A stretch of 64,000 nucleotides of DNA from a virus. A model generated the notes under the pieces. The model was not told the origin of the DNA. It saw nothing but the letters and a program-made list of their open reading frames with translations, and searched no databases. How positions within the stretch are numbered: the first letter of the stretch is position 1; each line of letters begins with the position of its first letter. The position numbers were made by a program, and so were the translations under genes. The DNA lies in the IMG/VR virus record IMGVR_UViG_3300042691_035156, positions 32,001 to 96,000 of that record; one strand, written 5' to 3'. Shown in pieces: positions 9,289 to 18,108 of the stretch.

Positions 9289-9453
9289 CTATACCTGTAT
9301 AATAAATCCTAGTATTAGGGCTAAAACAAATGACAATACTATTGCTATTTTTCTGTCTCTTTTGTTTTCTTCAGAGTTTGCCAGAACCTGAACATTAACA
9401 GTCCAATTAAATATTGTTGCGAAAAGAATTGCGAAGATAACGACTTGAATCAT
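9289..9453 (-). CDS. 54-aa two-helix membrane protein (not in ORF track)
   Basis: MIQVVIFAILFATIFNWTVNVQVLANSEENKRDRKIAIVLSFVLALILGFIIQV*. ATGA overlap with thyX and fills the gap exactly. Confidence 0.7.
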   Translation of the reverse strand: MIQVVIFAILFATIFNWTVNVQVLANSEENKRDRKIAIVLSFVLALILGFIIQV

Positions 9454-10157
9454 GGCACATTAGACCCCATAAGAGCAACTATTGATGCAGGAAACAGTGG
9501 CTGAACTAGTTGGTAAACTGCTCTTGCATACTCTTGAATTTCATACTGGGAGTCTTCAGCGAGTCTCTGGCTAAGGAAGAGAACCACAGACTGCAATGAG
9601 CAAGACCATCTGTATACTACATACATGGAGTATGCCGGCAAAAACAATCTCGCCTGCTCAGCAGCGATGCCGCTTTCCATAGCCATCTTATAGAGCGCCT
9701 CGCCCTGCTCTATGTATCTCTCAAGCTCAGAAGTAAGAGTTGAACCAAGAAATGGATCCGCAAGTCCTTTTGATCCCTGCTTCTTGTCTTCTGGGGCTAG
9801 TCTCCAGCTCTTTGGAGTTGGAAGATGAAATTCAGGCTCCATTGTAATGTATCTTCTTGAGGACTCGTTCCATGAATCCATTGTGTGATCTGATCCGACA
9901 ACATACTTCCAGTGTTGACGAGCAACCATTAATGGTGCGTAAAACTCAAATGTCATAAACGCGTGTCTAAAGGGAGACATATGATTTTCTCTTGCAAGGA
10001 AATCAAGCAACTTTGCGTCACGAGGAGACATTACATCAACCTCTTTTGCAAAAGAAGCTCTTGCTGCATTTACCACTGATAGATCGCTACCCATATGGTC
10101 AACGAGTCTAACATAGCCTTTATCAAGGACACTTACGGTATTATTCTGATTCTCCAT
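9450..10157 (-). CDS. thyX: flavin-dependent thymidylate synthase ThyX
   Basis: GYVRLVDHMGSDLSVVNAARASF, HMSPF, NESSRRY, EQARLFLP, QYEIQEYA. Confidence 0.92.
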   Translation of the reverse strand: MENQNNTVSVLDKGYVRLVDHMGSDLSVVNAARASFAKEVDVMSPRDAKLLDFLARENHMSPFRHAFMTFEFYAPLMVARQHWKYVVGSDHTMDSWNESSRRYITMEPEFHLPTPKSWRLAPEDKKQGSKGLADPFLGSTLTSELERYIEQGEALYKMAMESGIAAEQARLFLPAYSMYVVYRWSCSLQSVVLFLSQRLAEDSQYEIQEYARAVYQLVQPLFPASIVALMGSNVP

Positions 10158-10482
10158 CTTCGTCTTCTTCTTCTAAATCATCTTCTAAAAACATTTCAAC
10201 TTCTATTGTACCATTTATCTCAAGCAGATGCGAAAGAAAGTCCTCGCTTATCTTAAACAATGGTCCAATTAACTCATTTACAGAGTCAGGTATTGTATAC
10301 GCTGCATCTACAAGTAGATAATAAATTATTGAATTAACGCTTAAAAGAGATTCGCCTAAAGACTCCTGAACTTGCAAAAGCTCTTTTAGTAGAGTCTCTT
10401 TATCGAACTCTGGTTCTTTTACTGAGTTTGATTCAATTAATTCATTGAATATTTTATCTATATTCTCTTCTTCACCAGACAT
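10141..10482 (-). CDS. acidic hypothetical protein
   Basis: 113-aa ORF between nrdJ and thyX. Confidence 0.65.
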   Translation of the reverse strand: MSGEEENIDKIFNELIESNSVKEPEFDKETLLKELLQVQESLGESLLSVNSIIYYLLVDAAYTIPDSVNELIGPLFKISEDFLSHLLEINGTIEVEMFLEDDLEEEDEDGESE

Positions 10483-10493
10483 AATTTTCCAAC

Positions 10494-12575
10494 TTATGCG
10501 TTATCTTTTATTAGCTTAATCTCACATGCGTCAGTTGTGCAGTAACTCTCACCAATGGCATCAGCTGCCATACCCGCATACACTCCTGAGAAATCAATTG
10601 GGAACAACTTCATTGTGCCTTCTTTGTATTCTTCTTCGGTAATTTGTGTGTAGGGCATTTGTGGATAAGTGTGATTGCCTTGCGGCAAGAATGACACTGT
10701 TTTTAACTGACCGTCATACATGTGAAGAACCGTTCCTACATGCTCTTTTTCTGTTTCTGAATCAAATGAAACTGTTACAGAAACTGAGTTATCGGACCAG
10801 TATCTTTGAGCTGTAGCTGCTAGAGAAATCTTTTCAAATATTGTTACTTCTTTCTCTGATCTAGAAGCGTCAGACTGAATCGGGAAGAATACAACAGAAG
10901 TTGTATCAGGTGATTCAGATGCGGGCTCGACCCTATAGTGTGCCATCTTAAATAGCGGAAGCATCGGGTCATCGTTGGAGAATCTAATTGCTCTTAGGAA
11001 AAACTTTCCGCCAGGAGTCCAGTGAACTCCAGGTGATTCGCCAGCAAGAATTGACACAGTTCCAGAGGGCTTGATTGTTGTCATCTTAATTGATTCACGA
11101 ACACCAAGCCACTCAGAGTATACGTTGTCATATCTCTGCACAGTCTTATAACCTTCATCCATCCACTCACGAAGCTTCGGCATTCCTTCACGATCAGCAA
11201 AGTTTGCAACACCGGACATTGATGTGCCGATTCTTCTGTTTCTCTGCATGATTGCGTTCGTCTCTTCCCAGTGCGTAGGAAGAAGTGTTACCGTTTTTGC
11301 GTATAGGTAAGCAAACTTAAGTGTGCGCTTGAAGTCCTCAAGGTTTTCGTGACGGTTGAGATAGGTCTCAACCAAAGTGCAGCACTCGTAGCTCTCTAGA
11401 GACTGCTCTGCGCAGGGGTTGTACCCGGCTACTCTCCAGTCTTTATTGTTTGGAGGATCTATCAGTCTACCGTACTTTCTTGACACATCGAGCCATATCA
11501 CCCCAGGTTCACCATTGAGCTGAATGCCTGGAACAATTGGAGAAAGGTCGTGACCAACAGAAGTTTCTACTGAGTTGTTGCTCATCCAAGCCCAGCCAGG
11601 TGATTGCGGGTCATAAGAATTTCTTTCAGGAAAAACATCTGCGTTCTTGAGATTAAGGAAGTCTTGATCATCAATTCTTCCAATAAGAAGCTCCGCTGAT
11701 CTTCTGACATTTCCAGAGACAACGCAAACACCTATTAGGTTGCCTATGTCGGCAATATCCTTTCTGGTTAGCTTTTCACCATTTCTGCCAGTAAACAGCT
11801 TGCGAATTGCATTGTGTAGTTTGATCAGAGGGTCTGGACCAGATGCAGTTCCTCCGAATGTTTTGATGGGAGTCCCAAGAGGCCTAATCTCATCGTAAAC
11901 AAACTCAATAGGAGACTGATCGGGCTTTAGATATGAGTTGATAAGATCAACTGTTGAATCTCTCCAGCCTTCTCTACTGTCCTCAATAGTGACTGTTGTG
12001 GCGTTCTTGGTGGGCTCATATATTGTGAAATCTTTGTCGGCCCCCTTGTCGTCAAAGCCAACGCCGACACCAAGCATTGATGCTTCCATGAGAAAGGCAA
12101 ACGGTTTACCAGGATTATTCTTTGACATTTCGGCAGTGGAAACAAATGCACAGTTCTGAAGAGCCGCAGAATTCTTCTGCACATTGACGATGTTTGTGCC
12201 CATGACCCATAGTCCTCTTCCTGGTGGGGTCCACTTTAAGTTAAACAAACGATCAAAGGCTTCTTTAGCAGAAGCTTGCGCCTTTGCGTCATTCCAGGGA
12301 AGTCTACTCTTTTTGCAGTGTTCTTTCTGAAGAGAGTACATGCCATTGATAATTCTTCTACAAACATCAACCCATGTTTCTTTGGTGCCATCTTCTTTTA
12401 AACGAGAATAGGTTCTAAGAAAAGTAATTTCTCCTACAGAGTTACCGCCTGCATCTCTGTATCCAAATGGAGCTTTTTTGTCCTTATACTGTTCTACGAA
12501 ATCTTCACTAATCTGAAAAGAAAACATGTTGGCGGTCTTGGTTGTTGCAGTAGTGGCTTCTTCCTGGTTGTTCAT
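10494..12575 (-). CDS. nrdJ: class II (adenosylcobalamin-dependent) ribonucleoside-triphosphate reductase
   Basis: RTYSR, PPGRGLW, LQNC, GNVRRSAE, NPCAEQ, TIKPSGT and C-terminal CTTDAC. Confidence 0.93.
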   Translation of the reverse strand: MNNQEEATTATTKTANMFSFQISEDFVEQYKDKKAPFGYRDAGGNSVGEITFLRTYSRLKEDGTKETWVDVCRRIINGMYSLQKEHCKKSRLPWNDAKAQASAKEAFDRLFNLKWTPPGRGLWVMGTNIVNVQKNSAALQNCAFVSTAEMSKNNPGKPFAFLMEASMLGVGVGFDDKGADKDFTIYEPTKNATTVTIEDSREGWRDSTVDLINSYLKPDQSPIEFVYDEIRPLGTPIKTFGGTASGPDPLIKLHNAIRKLFTGRNGEKLTRKDIADIGNLIGVCVVSGNVRRSAELLIGRIDDQDFLNLKNADVFPERNSYDPQSPGWAWMSNNSVETSVGHDLSPIVPGIQLNGEPGVIWLDVSRKYGRLIDPPNNKDWRVAGYNPCAEQSLESYECCTLVETYLNRHENLEDFKRTLKFAYLYAKTVTLLPTHWEETNAIMQRNRRIGTSMSGVANFADREGMPKLREWMDEGYKTVQRYDNVYSEWLGVRESIKMTTIKPSGTVSILAGESPGVHWTPGGKFFLRAIRFSNDDPMLPLFKMAHYRVEPASESPDTTSVVFFPIQSDASRSEKEVTIFEKISLAATAQRYWSDNSVSVTVSFDSETEKEHVGTVLHMYDGQLKTVSFLPQGNHTYPQMPYTQITEEEYKEGTMKLFPIDFSGVYAGMAADAIGESYCTTDACEIKLIKDNA

Positions 12576-12588
12576 TTTATTCCTTCTT

Positions 12589-13284
12589 TTACTTAAAGTT
12601 CTTTATGTAGTTTTTGTTTGTCTTGTTTATCTCTGCCGCTTTGATTTTAGCTATCTGTTCAAGCGTATAGATCTTGTGTATTTCTTTTTCAAAAAAGTAT
12701 CCAGTTCTCCAATTGAATACTTTATCAACATGATTTTTATGGTTGGTGAACACATTGCATATTACAGCGCCACCGTATATTTTCACCATGTTTTTGATTT
12801 TTTCTAGAGATTCTTTTTTCTTTTCTTCGTTAGAAAAAGTCTCTTGATCGAATTTGTCATAAAGCCAATTGTATGCCTGTCGTGTTAATGGAGACATGTC
12901 AATCTGCTCAAATATTCCCATTTGCAGTATTTTTTTTCTGTTTCTTTCCACAATTATATCATTCTTGATGACATCTTGAAACAGTGCAAACCAATCTTTT
13001 TCTTTGAATTGAGCCCAGGCGGTCACCCAAAAAAGAAGCTGGTGGTTGTCCTCTGGAATTGTTGCCTTCTCAAGAACTGGTATGAGGCATGCGCACGCAA
13101 CGGCTCTTTTAACCATGTCTTTTGCGGTATCTACATCTGAATGCTTTTTCTTCTGAAGGTTCCACAAACTTGCTATTTTATCTTTCCAGTCTGCTTCTCC
13201 AAGATAGATTGTCAGATATCGTTCGGCTACATCAAAAGATAATGTTCCCTCTGAAACTACAGCTTCCAGAGATTGTATAGACAT
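12589..13284 (-). CDS. hypothetical protein (231 aa)
   Basis: ORF with AAAGAGG SD. First gene downstream of the extended -10 promoter. Confidence 0.75.
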   Translation of the reverse strand: MSIQSLEAVVSEGTLSFDVAERYLTIYLGEADWKDKIASLWNLQKKKHSDVDTAKDMVKRAVACACLIPVLEKATIPEDNHQLLFWVTAWAQFKEKDWFALFQDVIKNDIIVERNRKKILQMGIFEQIDMSPLTRQAYNWLYDKFDQETFSNEEKKKESLEKIKNMVKIYGGAVICNVFTNHKNHVDKVFNWRTGYFFEKEIHKIYTLEQIAKIKAAEINKTNKNYIKNFK

Positions 13285-13338
13285 GATTAATCCTCTTTAC
13301 GTTTGTCTAAAGTTATAAAATTGGGGTGGAAATATTTA

Positions 13339-13368
13339 ATTCCCGACCCATTTTACTGAGTCGGGAAT
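13339..13368 (-). promoter_or_regulatory. stem-loop in leader (terminator or attenuator)
   Basis: ATTCCCGACTCA-GTAAAA-TGGGTCGGGAAT, 12-bp stem with one G-U pair. Weak U-tract. Confidence 0.5.
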
Positions 13369-13390
13369 CAAACACTTGGTCATGGTGATG

Positions 13391-13399
13391 ATTATATCA
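13391..13399 (-). promoter_or_regulatory. extended -10 promoter (TGnTATAAT)
   Basis: TGATATAAT on the minus strand in the intergenic gap upstream of the nucleotide-metabolism operon. Confidence 0.6.
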
Positions 13400-13490
13400 C
13401 ACCACTTCTAGATTAGCTTGTCTGGGATTGGCTTATTATATCTCTTTGACCCAATAAAAATGGTCAGTTGTAAGATTTTTTATGCGTGGA

Positions 13491-14126
13491 TCAGAGAGCC
13501 TTTGAAGAGGGAACGCCTCTCCACTCTTGAACTCTGTTACGTCCATAAGCGTTATCATAAGTTGTTGGAACGCCATAGCCATAACCATCGGTGAATACTT
13601 CACCACTCGGCACGTAGTGTGGCTCGTCTGGTCTAAATACTCCGAACGAGTTTGGTGCGCCCTGAGCTTCGGTTCTTGGACCGTGGCCAACAGAGGTCAT
13701 TACCTGAGCTGCTGTAACACCCTTAAAGCGATACTGTCTTACCTTGTAATCATTTTCTCTTTCTTCGTGACCAAAGGATGATGGGAAGGCCTTTGCGCCA
13801 GAAATTCCCTTGTATTCCATTGGACGGAAACGTGCGCCATCATAGGTTGCTGAACCATCAGGGAACACTCCTGAGAGTGGGTGAACATAAAAAGATGAAC
13901 CAGTAAAGAGCTGGGACATAAATACATCACCAGGGAAATACCCAGTTCCAGGAACATGGTTTCTATCCGGTGCCCCATCGAGAACGTGGCTGGTGCTGTA
14001 GTATGGATAATGAGAGTAGGTGCCAACGCCCTTGGCCTTACCTGTCATTGTAAAATATGGATTGACCATTTCGTTGGAGTTACGCCCCTTCAAAACTGGT
14101 CTTGGACCCTCATAAAAAGTAGCCAT
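13491..14126 (-). CDS. hypothetical Gly/Pro/Tyr-rich protein, possibly virion-associated
   Basis: AGGAGA SD and CGT/GGT-biased codons. Confidence 0.75.
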   Translation of the reverse strand: MATFYEGPRPVLKGRNSNEMVNPYFTMTGKAKGVGTYSHYPYYSTSHVLDGAPDRNHVPGTGYFPGDVFMSQLFTGSSFYVHPLSGVFPDGSATYDGARFRPMEYKGISGAKAFPSSFGHEERENDYKVRQYRFKGVTAAQVMTSVGHGPRTEAQGAPNSFGVFRPDEPHYVPSGEVFTDGYGYGVPTTYDNAYGRNRVQEWRGVPSSKAL

Positions 14127-14194
14127 TTTTAAATCTCCTTGTAAAGTATTTGTCTATATAGTAAAATGCTTTTCCAAATTTTAAACCATTCAAA

Positions 14195-15460
14195 TTAGGT
14201 GTTATAATCAGGTTCTATAATTAAATCGGAAAGTATTGGTGGGACCTTGTCGTCAAGCATTCTGAGCGTTACCTCAATGTATACCGTGTTTGACGCTCCT
14301 GGGTTGGCCAAGGTAAATGTGCCCCCATTTTGGTAGAAGACCCTATGGTCAAAGATCTCTGATAAAACGGTTGGGGAAACATTATATATTTTTGGTGAAA
14401 CATTTAAAATTTGATTTATGGTTTTTCCGTCCGGTGCATCAAACTTTACAAAGGTTCTACCAACTGGTAAAAACTTTTCATACCTTACATCCAAGTCCGC
14501 TAGACCATATGTATAGATATATTTATTATTTTCTACAACATAATTTCTCTGCCTTAAATGAATTCTTACTGCCGTAATTTGAGTATCTTCGTAATAAAAA
14601 GATAATGGACCAGAGTTAACAACTGCGTCAGACCCCAAAGTGCTCCACCCACCTGGGGCTACTTTTCCAACGGCATCGTAGTTATCTTCATACAGAGAGT
14701 TCTTGTTCAGCGGAACGTAGCTGTCTGCATCGGTTAAAGTGGGATTTAATCTTGTGGTATATTCAATTTTTACAACATCAACGCCATTAGCTGGATATGG
14801 AGAAAGTGTTATGTAATTTGATATTGTTGATCCAAGACTTGCTGCAGGCACTTTTATATAAAGGTGCATATTAACGCCAAGAGGATTCGGTGAATTTAAT
14901 ATTACGTTTCTTCTCCAAACCTTATCTGGAAGATTGAGAAAAGCGTTTTGAACCGGGCTAGTATCAACTAAAGCACCTACACCATCTCCTCCGGGAAGGG
15001 ATGTATCAACTCTGGTTTCTAAAAAGTCTGGTATTATCTGTCCTTTTACCGGATTAATAAACTTTATCTTTGAGTGAGAAGAGCCAGAAACTACTGGTAG
15101 TTTTATGTGATTGAAAAACTCATCAAACTGAAGAGCTTCTGAAGACGAAACAGCGTATTGAGTTGAGATAAATTCAGAAACATCTACCTGACTTTTGGTG
15201 AATAAAGATAGTTGATTTGTGTTTTGACTCTCAATGCTACGAACTCTATCAAAAAGATCAACTATAGCAGAAGAAATAAAAGTGTTATCTTTTATGATTC
15301 TCTCTATAATTTCTCCCACTTTTTTATCAAGTACGCCATACTTATTATATAGATATAGAAGATCTGCGTAGTTCTGCTCATATCTTTCATTTAAGTCGGT
15401 ACTTGATATTGGACCATGATACTGTTGTGGTTTTTTTTGTGTATAAATAAATTCTGACAT
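14195..15460 (-). CDS. putative virion (tail/baseplate-associated) protein
   Basis: N-terminal GPISSTDLN plus coiled coil, beta-rich C-terminus, last gene of the structural run. Confidence 0.65.
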   Translation of the reverse strand: MSEFIYTQKKPQQYHGPISSTDLNERYEQNYADLLYLYNKYGVLDKKVGEIIERIIKDNTFISSAIVDLFDRVRSIESQNTNQLSLFTKSQVDVSEFISTQYAVSSSEALQFDEFFNHIKLPVVSGSSHSKIKFINPVKGQIIPDFLETRVDTSLPGGDGVGALVDTSPVQNAFLNLPDKVWRRNVILNSPNPLGVNMHLYIKVPAASLGSTISNYITLSPYPANGVDVVKIEYTTRLNPTLTDADSYVPLNKNSLYEDNYDAVGKVAPGGWSTLGSDAVVNSGPLSFYYEDTQITAVRIHLRQRNYVVENNKYIYTYGLADLDVRYEKFLPVGRTFVKFDAPDGKTINQILNVSPKIYNVSPTVLSEIFDHRVFYQNGGTFTLANPGASNTVYIEVTLRMLDDKVPPILSDLIIEPDYNT

Positions 15461-15472
15461 AGTTATCCTATT

Positions 15473-15904
15473 TTAATTGTTTATATTTTTTTCAATATTG
15501 TCCAGCTTGCTCATCAGCATTGCTATCTTTGAAGAAACGACTAATGGTTTATAGTACTGAAGATAATCTTCTTCATATATTGCCACTTCATCAACAACAT
15601 ATTCCTCTTCATCTCGATCATAAGTCACCCTTTGTGCATATACGGTTATGTCAATGTCTCCATTTAAATAATAACCTGGGGTAGCGGCAGAGAGATCAAC
15701 ATCAATAAGAGAATTTATTTCTTCTATTTTTGATTCAATTTCGTCAACATTTTTTGCCAACCTTGCAACATCTAAAATCATTTGATCGTTATGTAGGTTT
15801 AGCATTTCGCTAGAAATAGGACCACTATACGGTTGCCTGTTCCTGGTAAAGTTTGGTTGAAATATGTTTTCTCTTTTATTGAAAAGCGAATATGAGTAAG
15901 GCAT
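15473..15904 (-). CDS. putative virion protein
   Basis: GPISSEMLN motif shared with the 421-aa neighbour, coiled coil. Confidence 0.6.
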   Translation of the reverse strand: MPYSYSLFNKRENIFQPNFTRNRQPYSGPISSEMLNLHNDQMILDVARLAKNVDEIESKIEEINSLIDVDLSAATPGYYLNGDIDITVYAQRVTYDRDEEEYVVDEVAIYEEDYLQYYKPLVVSSKIAMLMSKLDNIEKNINN

Positions 15905-15911
15905 GATTCTC

Positions 15912-18107
15912 CTAATGCTTAAACTTTACCGTATAGGAAACTATGGATGGGGAGGAGCTATACGACTCTCCCCTAAGCATGTCTGCCCTAAGCCTAATGG
16001 CCTGAGGACCGTTTCCTGTATTGCTATAGTAGTAGACCTTTGAGCCTTCTTTTATTTCTTCTGTTCTTCTGTAGACAATTTCATAATTATTTTCATAATT
16101 AATTATAGAGTATACATTATCAATATTTGAATAATAGGTTCTTAAATCTTCAACTTTTACTTCATAAAGATAATTTTTAAATAATTTAACTCCAGGTATA
16201 GAAAGTATTGACTTATCTTTTAACAAAGCTATAGTGCCATTAAACGGCACTTGGACCCCAGAGGTGTTGTTTGTTGATTTATTGATAACAATTATAAGGT
16301 CGTTTCTACCTTGTTTTATCGGCCAAGTTAGGCTTGCACTCAAAACCCCTGGAGAAAGAGAAGAGTTAGCAGTTATGTCAACTCCATTAACATAGATTCT
16401 TATGTCCCAATACTGGGCAGCGAGATCTTTCAAAAGTGTCTCAGTAAGATTCAGTGAATTTTCTGAATATATATTAGTTGAAATATAAATACTTCCATAG
16501 GGAATTGATTGAGCTGTAAAAAAGTTTTGAGACAAGGGAACATCTCTGGAGAATGTTGTGTAAACGACGTCAGATCTTTCCCCTGTCAATACCTGCTGCC
16601 AACTTTCTTTATCAAGAGATACTTCTGCAGCCAAGTGTACTGTTAGTTGATTGTTGTCAACATTTTCTAAAATGTAAGAATCATATGGCCTTATGTCTTG
16701 AGGAAATTTGGTTAATCTATAAAGATTAAAATCAATATTTTGAGAATCGCTTGCATAGAAGTAATTGGTTATAGGATTGTTAAAAGTTTGTGATCTTGGA
16801 ATCTGATACATTACATTTCCAGTAGAAATTATATCTTCAGACTCACTTAAGAATATAGTGGACTCAACCAATTGAGAACCATTAAAGTTTATAACTGCTG
16901 GAGAGGTTGGATTTTTTGCGTTTGTAGGAGATATTGATGTCCAATTGTAGTCATATACATTTACTGCCGTTGGATTGTCTGGAGCAATGTAATACCTTAT
17001 ATTTGAGCCCTGAGGAATCTGATCTTCAACGCTTATGCTTACTGCATCTATTGTAAGCTTTGAGTTATCTGCAGATGGTAGTGACATAGGCTGGCTAACA
17101 AATATTGCGTTTGAATCGTAATATGGTGCAGTTATGACCAGTTCATCAATTCTAAAATCGTAATTATATACAACATCTTCGTTGTCCCTAGTGACATAGT
17201 CTGGCTCATCTTTTGTTAGATAGATCTCCACTGAATTAGATAATTGTGGGGTGAACGAAAAAGAAAATCTATCATAGTCTTTTGAGCTTGTTTTTGTATT
17301 GCTAGCTGACCTGCTTCTTTCATTTGGGTCAACAACAATAACTCCAATTGAAACGGGTTTTTGTGAACTTATTACTCCCTCTACCAGAGATATTGGCCCA
17401 ACAACACCAGAAACAGGAACGACTATCTTTAATGTACAAACACCAAGCGTCCTTGACGTGTGCTTATACGTCCACTGAGAATTTGTTAGTCCATTAAAAA
17501 CATTTCTAAAATCTACAGTGTCATCTTTGACCTGGGTTCCCTCAAACACTACTGACACATTTGCAGCGCTTGATGTATTGAGCAGGTTCCCCACATAGTC
17601 AAACAAACCAGAAGTAATTTTTGGTATTGTAACCTTTCTTGATTGAGTGTCAACATAGGCTGTAGTGTAGTTGAGATCAGTCAAGTTTGTATTGTTAAAG
17701 GCATTAGTTATACTAAAGTAAAAACCATCTGTATTTTTTATGGAAAAAAGATAATCGTCTACAGTTTTTTCAAGCTCTGCCCTTTTTGTTCTAAGAGATT
17801 CTAATCTCTTAGAATACGCTGTGACCACCTCATACAGCTTCTCTACATGCTCATGATAAGCTTCATATATTACGTCAATATTAAACAGCATGTGCACCAT
17901 TATTCTGTTTAACTTTTCTGCGTCTATTACAGAGTTGGTTGAAAGATCGTTGTATGGTACCGGAATCGAATTGCCTAAAGGAAATCTAGAAAAGTATCTT
18001 CCATAAAGAATGGAAACTTCGTTATCAGATGGTTGACCACCTAGGGCGTAGTACATCTTAAATATTGTTTCTATAAATCTTCTTTTTTGTATATCTGCGA
18101 TTGACAT
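15912..18107 (-). CDS. putative virion structural protein (731 aa)
   Basis: Helical N-terminus and beta-rich domains. C-terminal IRLRADM..SPSIVSYTVKF resembles the neighbour's C-terminus. Confidence 0.65.
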   Translation of the reverse strand: MSIADIQKRRFIETIFKMYYALGGQPSDNEVSILYGRYFSRFPLGNSIPVPYNDLSTNSVIDAEKLNRIMVHMLFNIDVIYEAYHEHVEKLYEVVTAYSKRLESLRTKRAELEKTVDDYLFSIKNTDGFYFSITNAFNNTNLTDLNYTTAYVDTQSRKVTIPKITSGLFDYVGNLLNTSSAANVSVVFEGTQVKDDTVDFRNVFNGLTNSQWTYKHTSRTLGVCTLKIVVPVSGVVGPISLVEGVISSQKPVSIGVIVVDPNERSRSASNTKTSSKDYDRFSFSFTPQLSNSVEIYLTKDEPDYVTRDNEDVVYNYDFRIDELVITAPYYDSNAIFVSQPMSLPSADNSKLTIDAVSISVEDQIPQGSNIRYYIAPDNPTAVNVYDYNWTSISPTNAKNPTSPAVINFNGSQLVESTIFLSESEDIISTGNVMYQIPRSQTFNNPITNYFYASDSQNIDFNLYRLTKFPQDIRPYDSYILENVDNNQLTVHLAAEVSLDKESWQQVLTGERSDVVYTTFSRDVPLSQNFFTAQSIPYGSIYISTNIYSENSLNLTETLLKDLAAQYWDIRIYVNGVDITANSSLSPGVLSASLTWPIKQGRNDLIIVINKSTNNTSGVQVPFNGTIALLKDKSILSIPGVKLFKNYLYEVKVEDLRTYYSNIDNVYSIINYENNYEIVYRRTEEIKEGSKVYYYSNTGNGPQAIRLRADMLRGESYSSSPSIVSYTVKFKH

Positions 18108-18108
18108 A

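Noticed and set aside
10494-12575. Intein or intron in nrdJ (also checked the helicase)
   Set aside because: Lengths and motif spacing are ordinary, and no splicing motifs were seen.
13285-13490. tRNA or cobalamin riboswitch upstream of the nrdJ operon
   Set aside because: GTTTGATTCCC resembles a T-arm, but I could not form a cloverleaf or find B12-box motifs. No tRNA was seen anywhere in the window.
14150-14167. TTACTATATAG as a phage late-promoter motif
   Set aside because: Only one intergenic instance was seen, which is not enough to define a motif.
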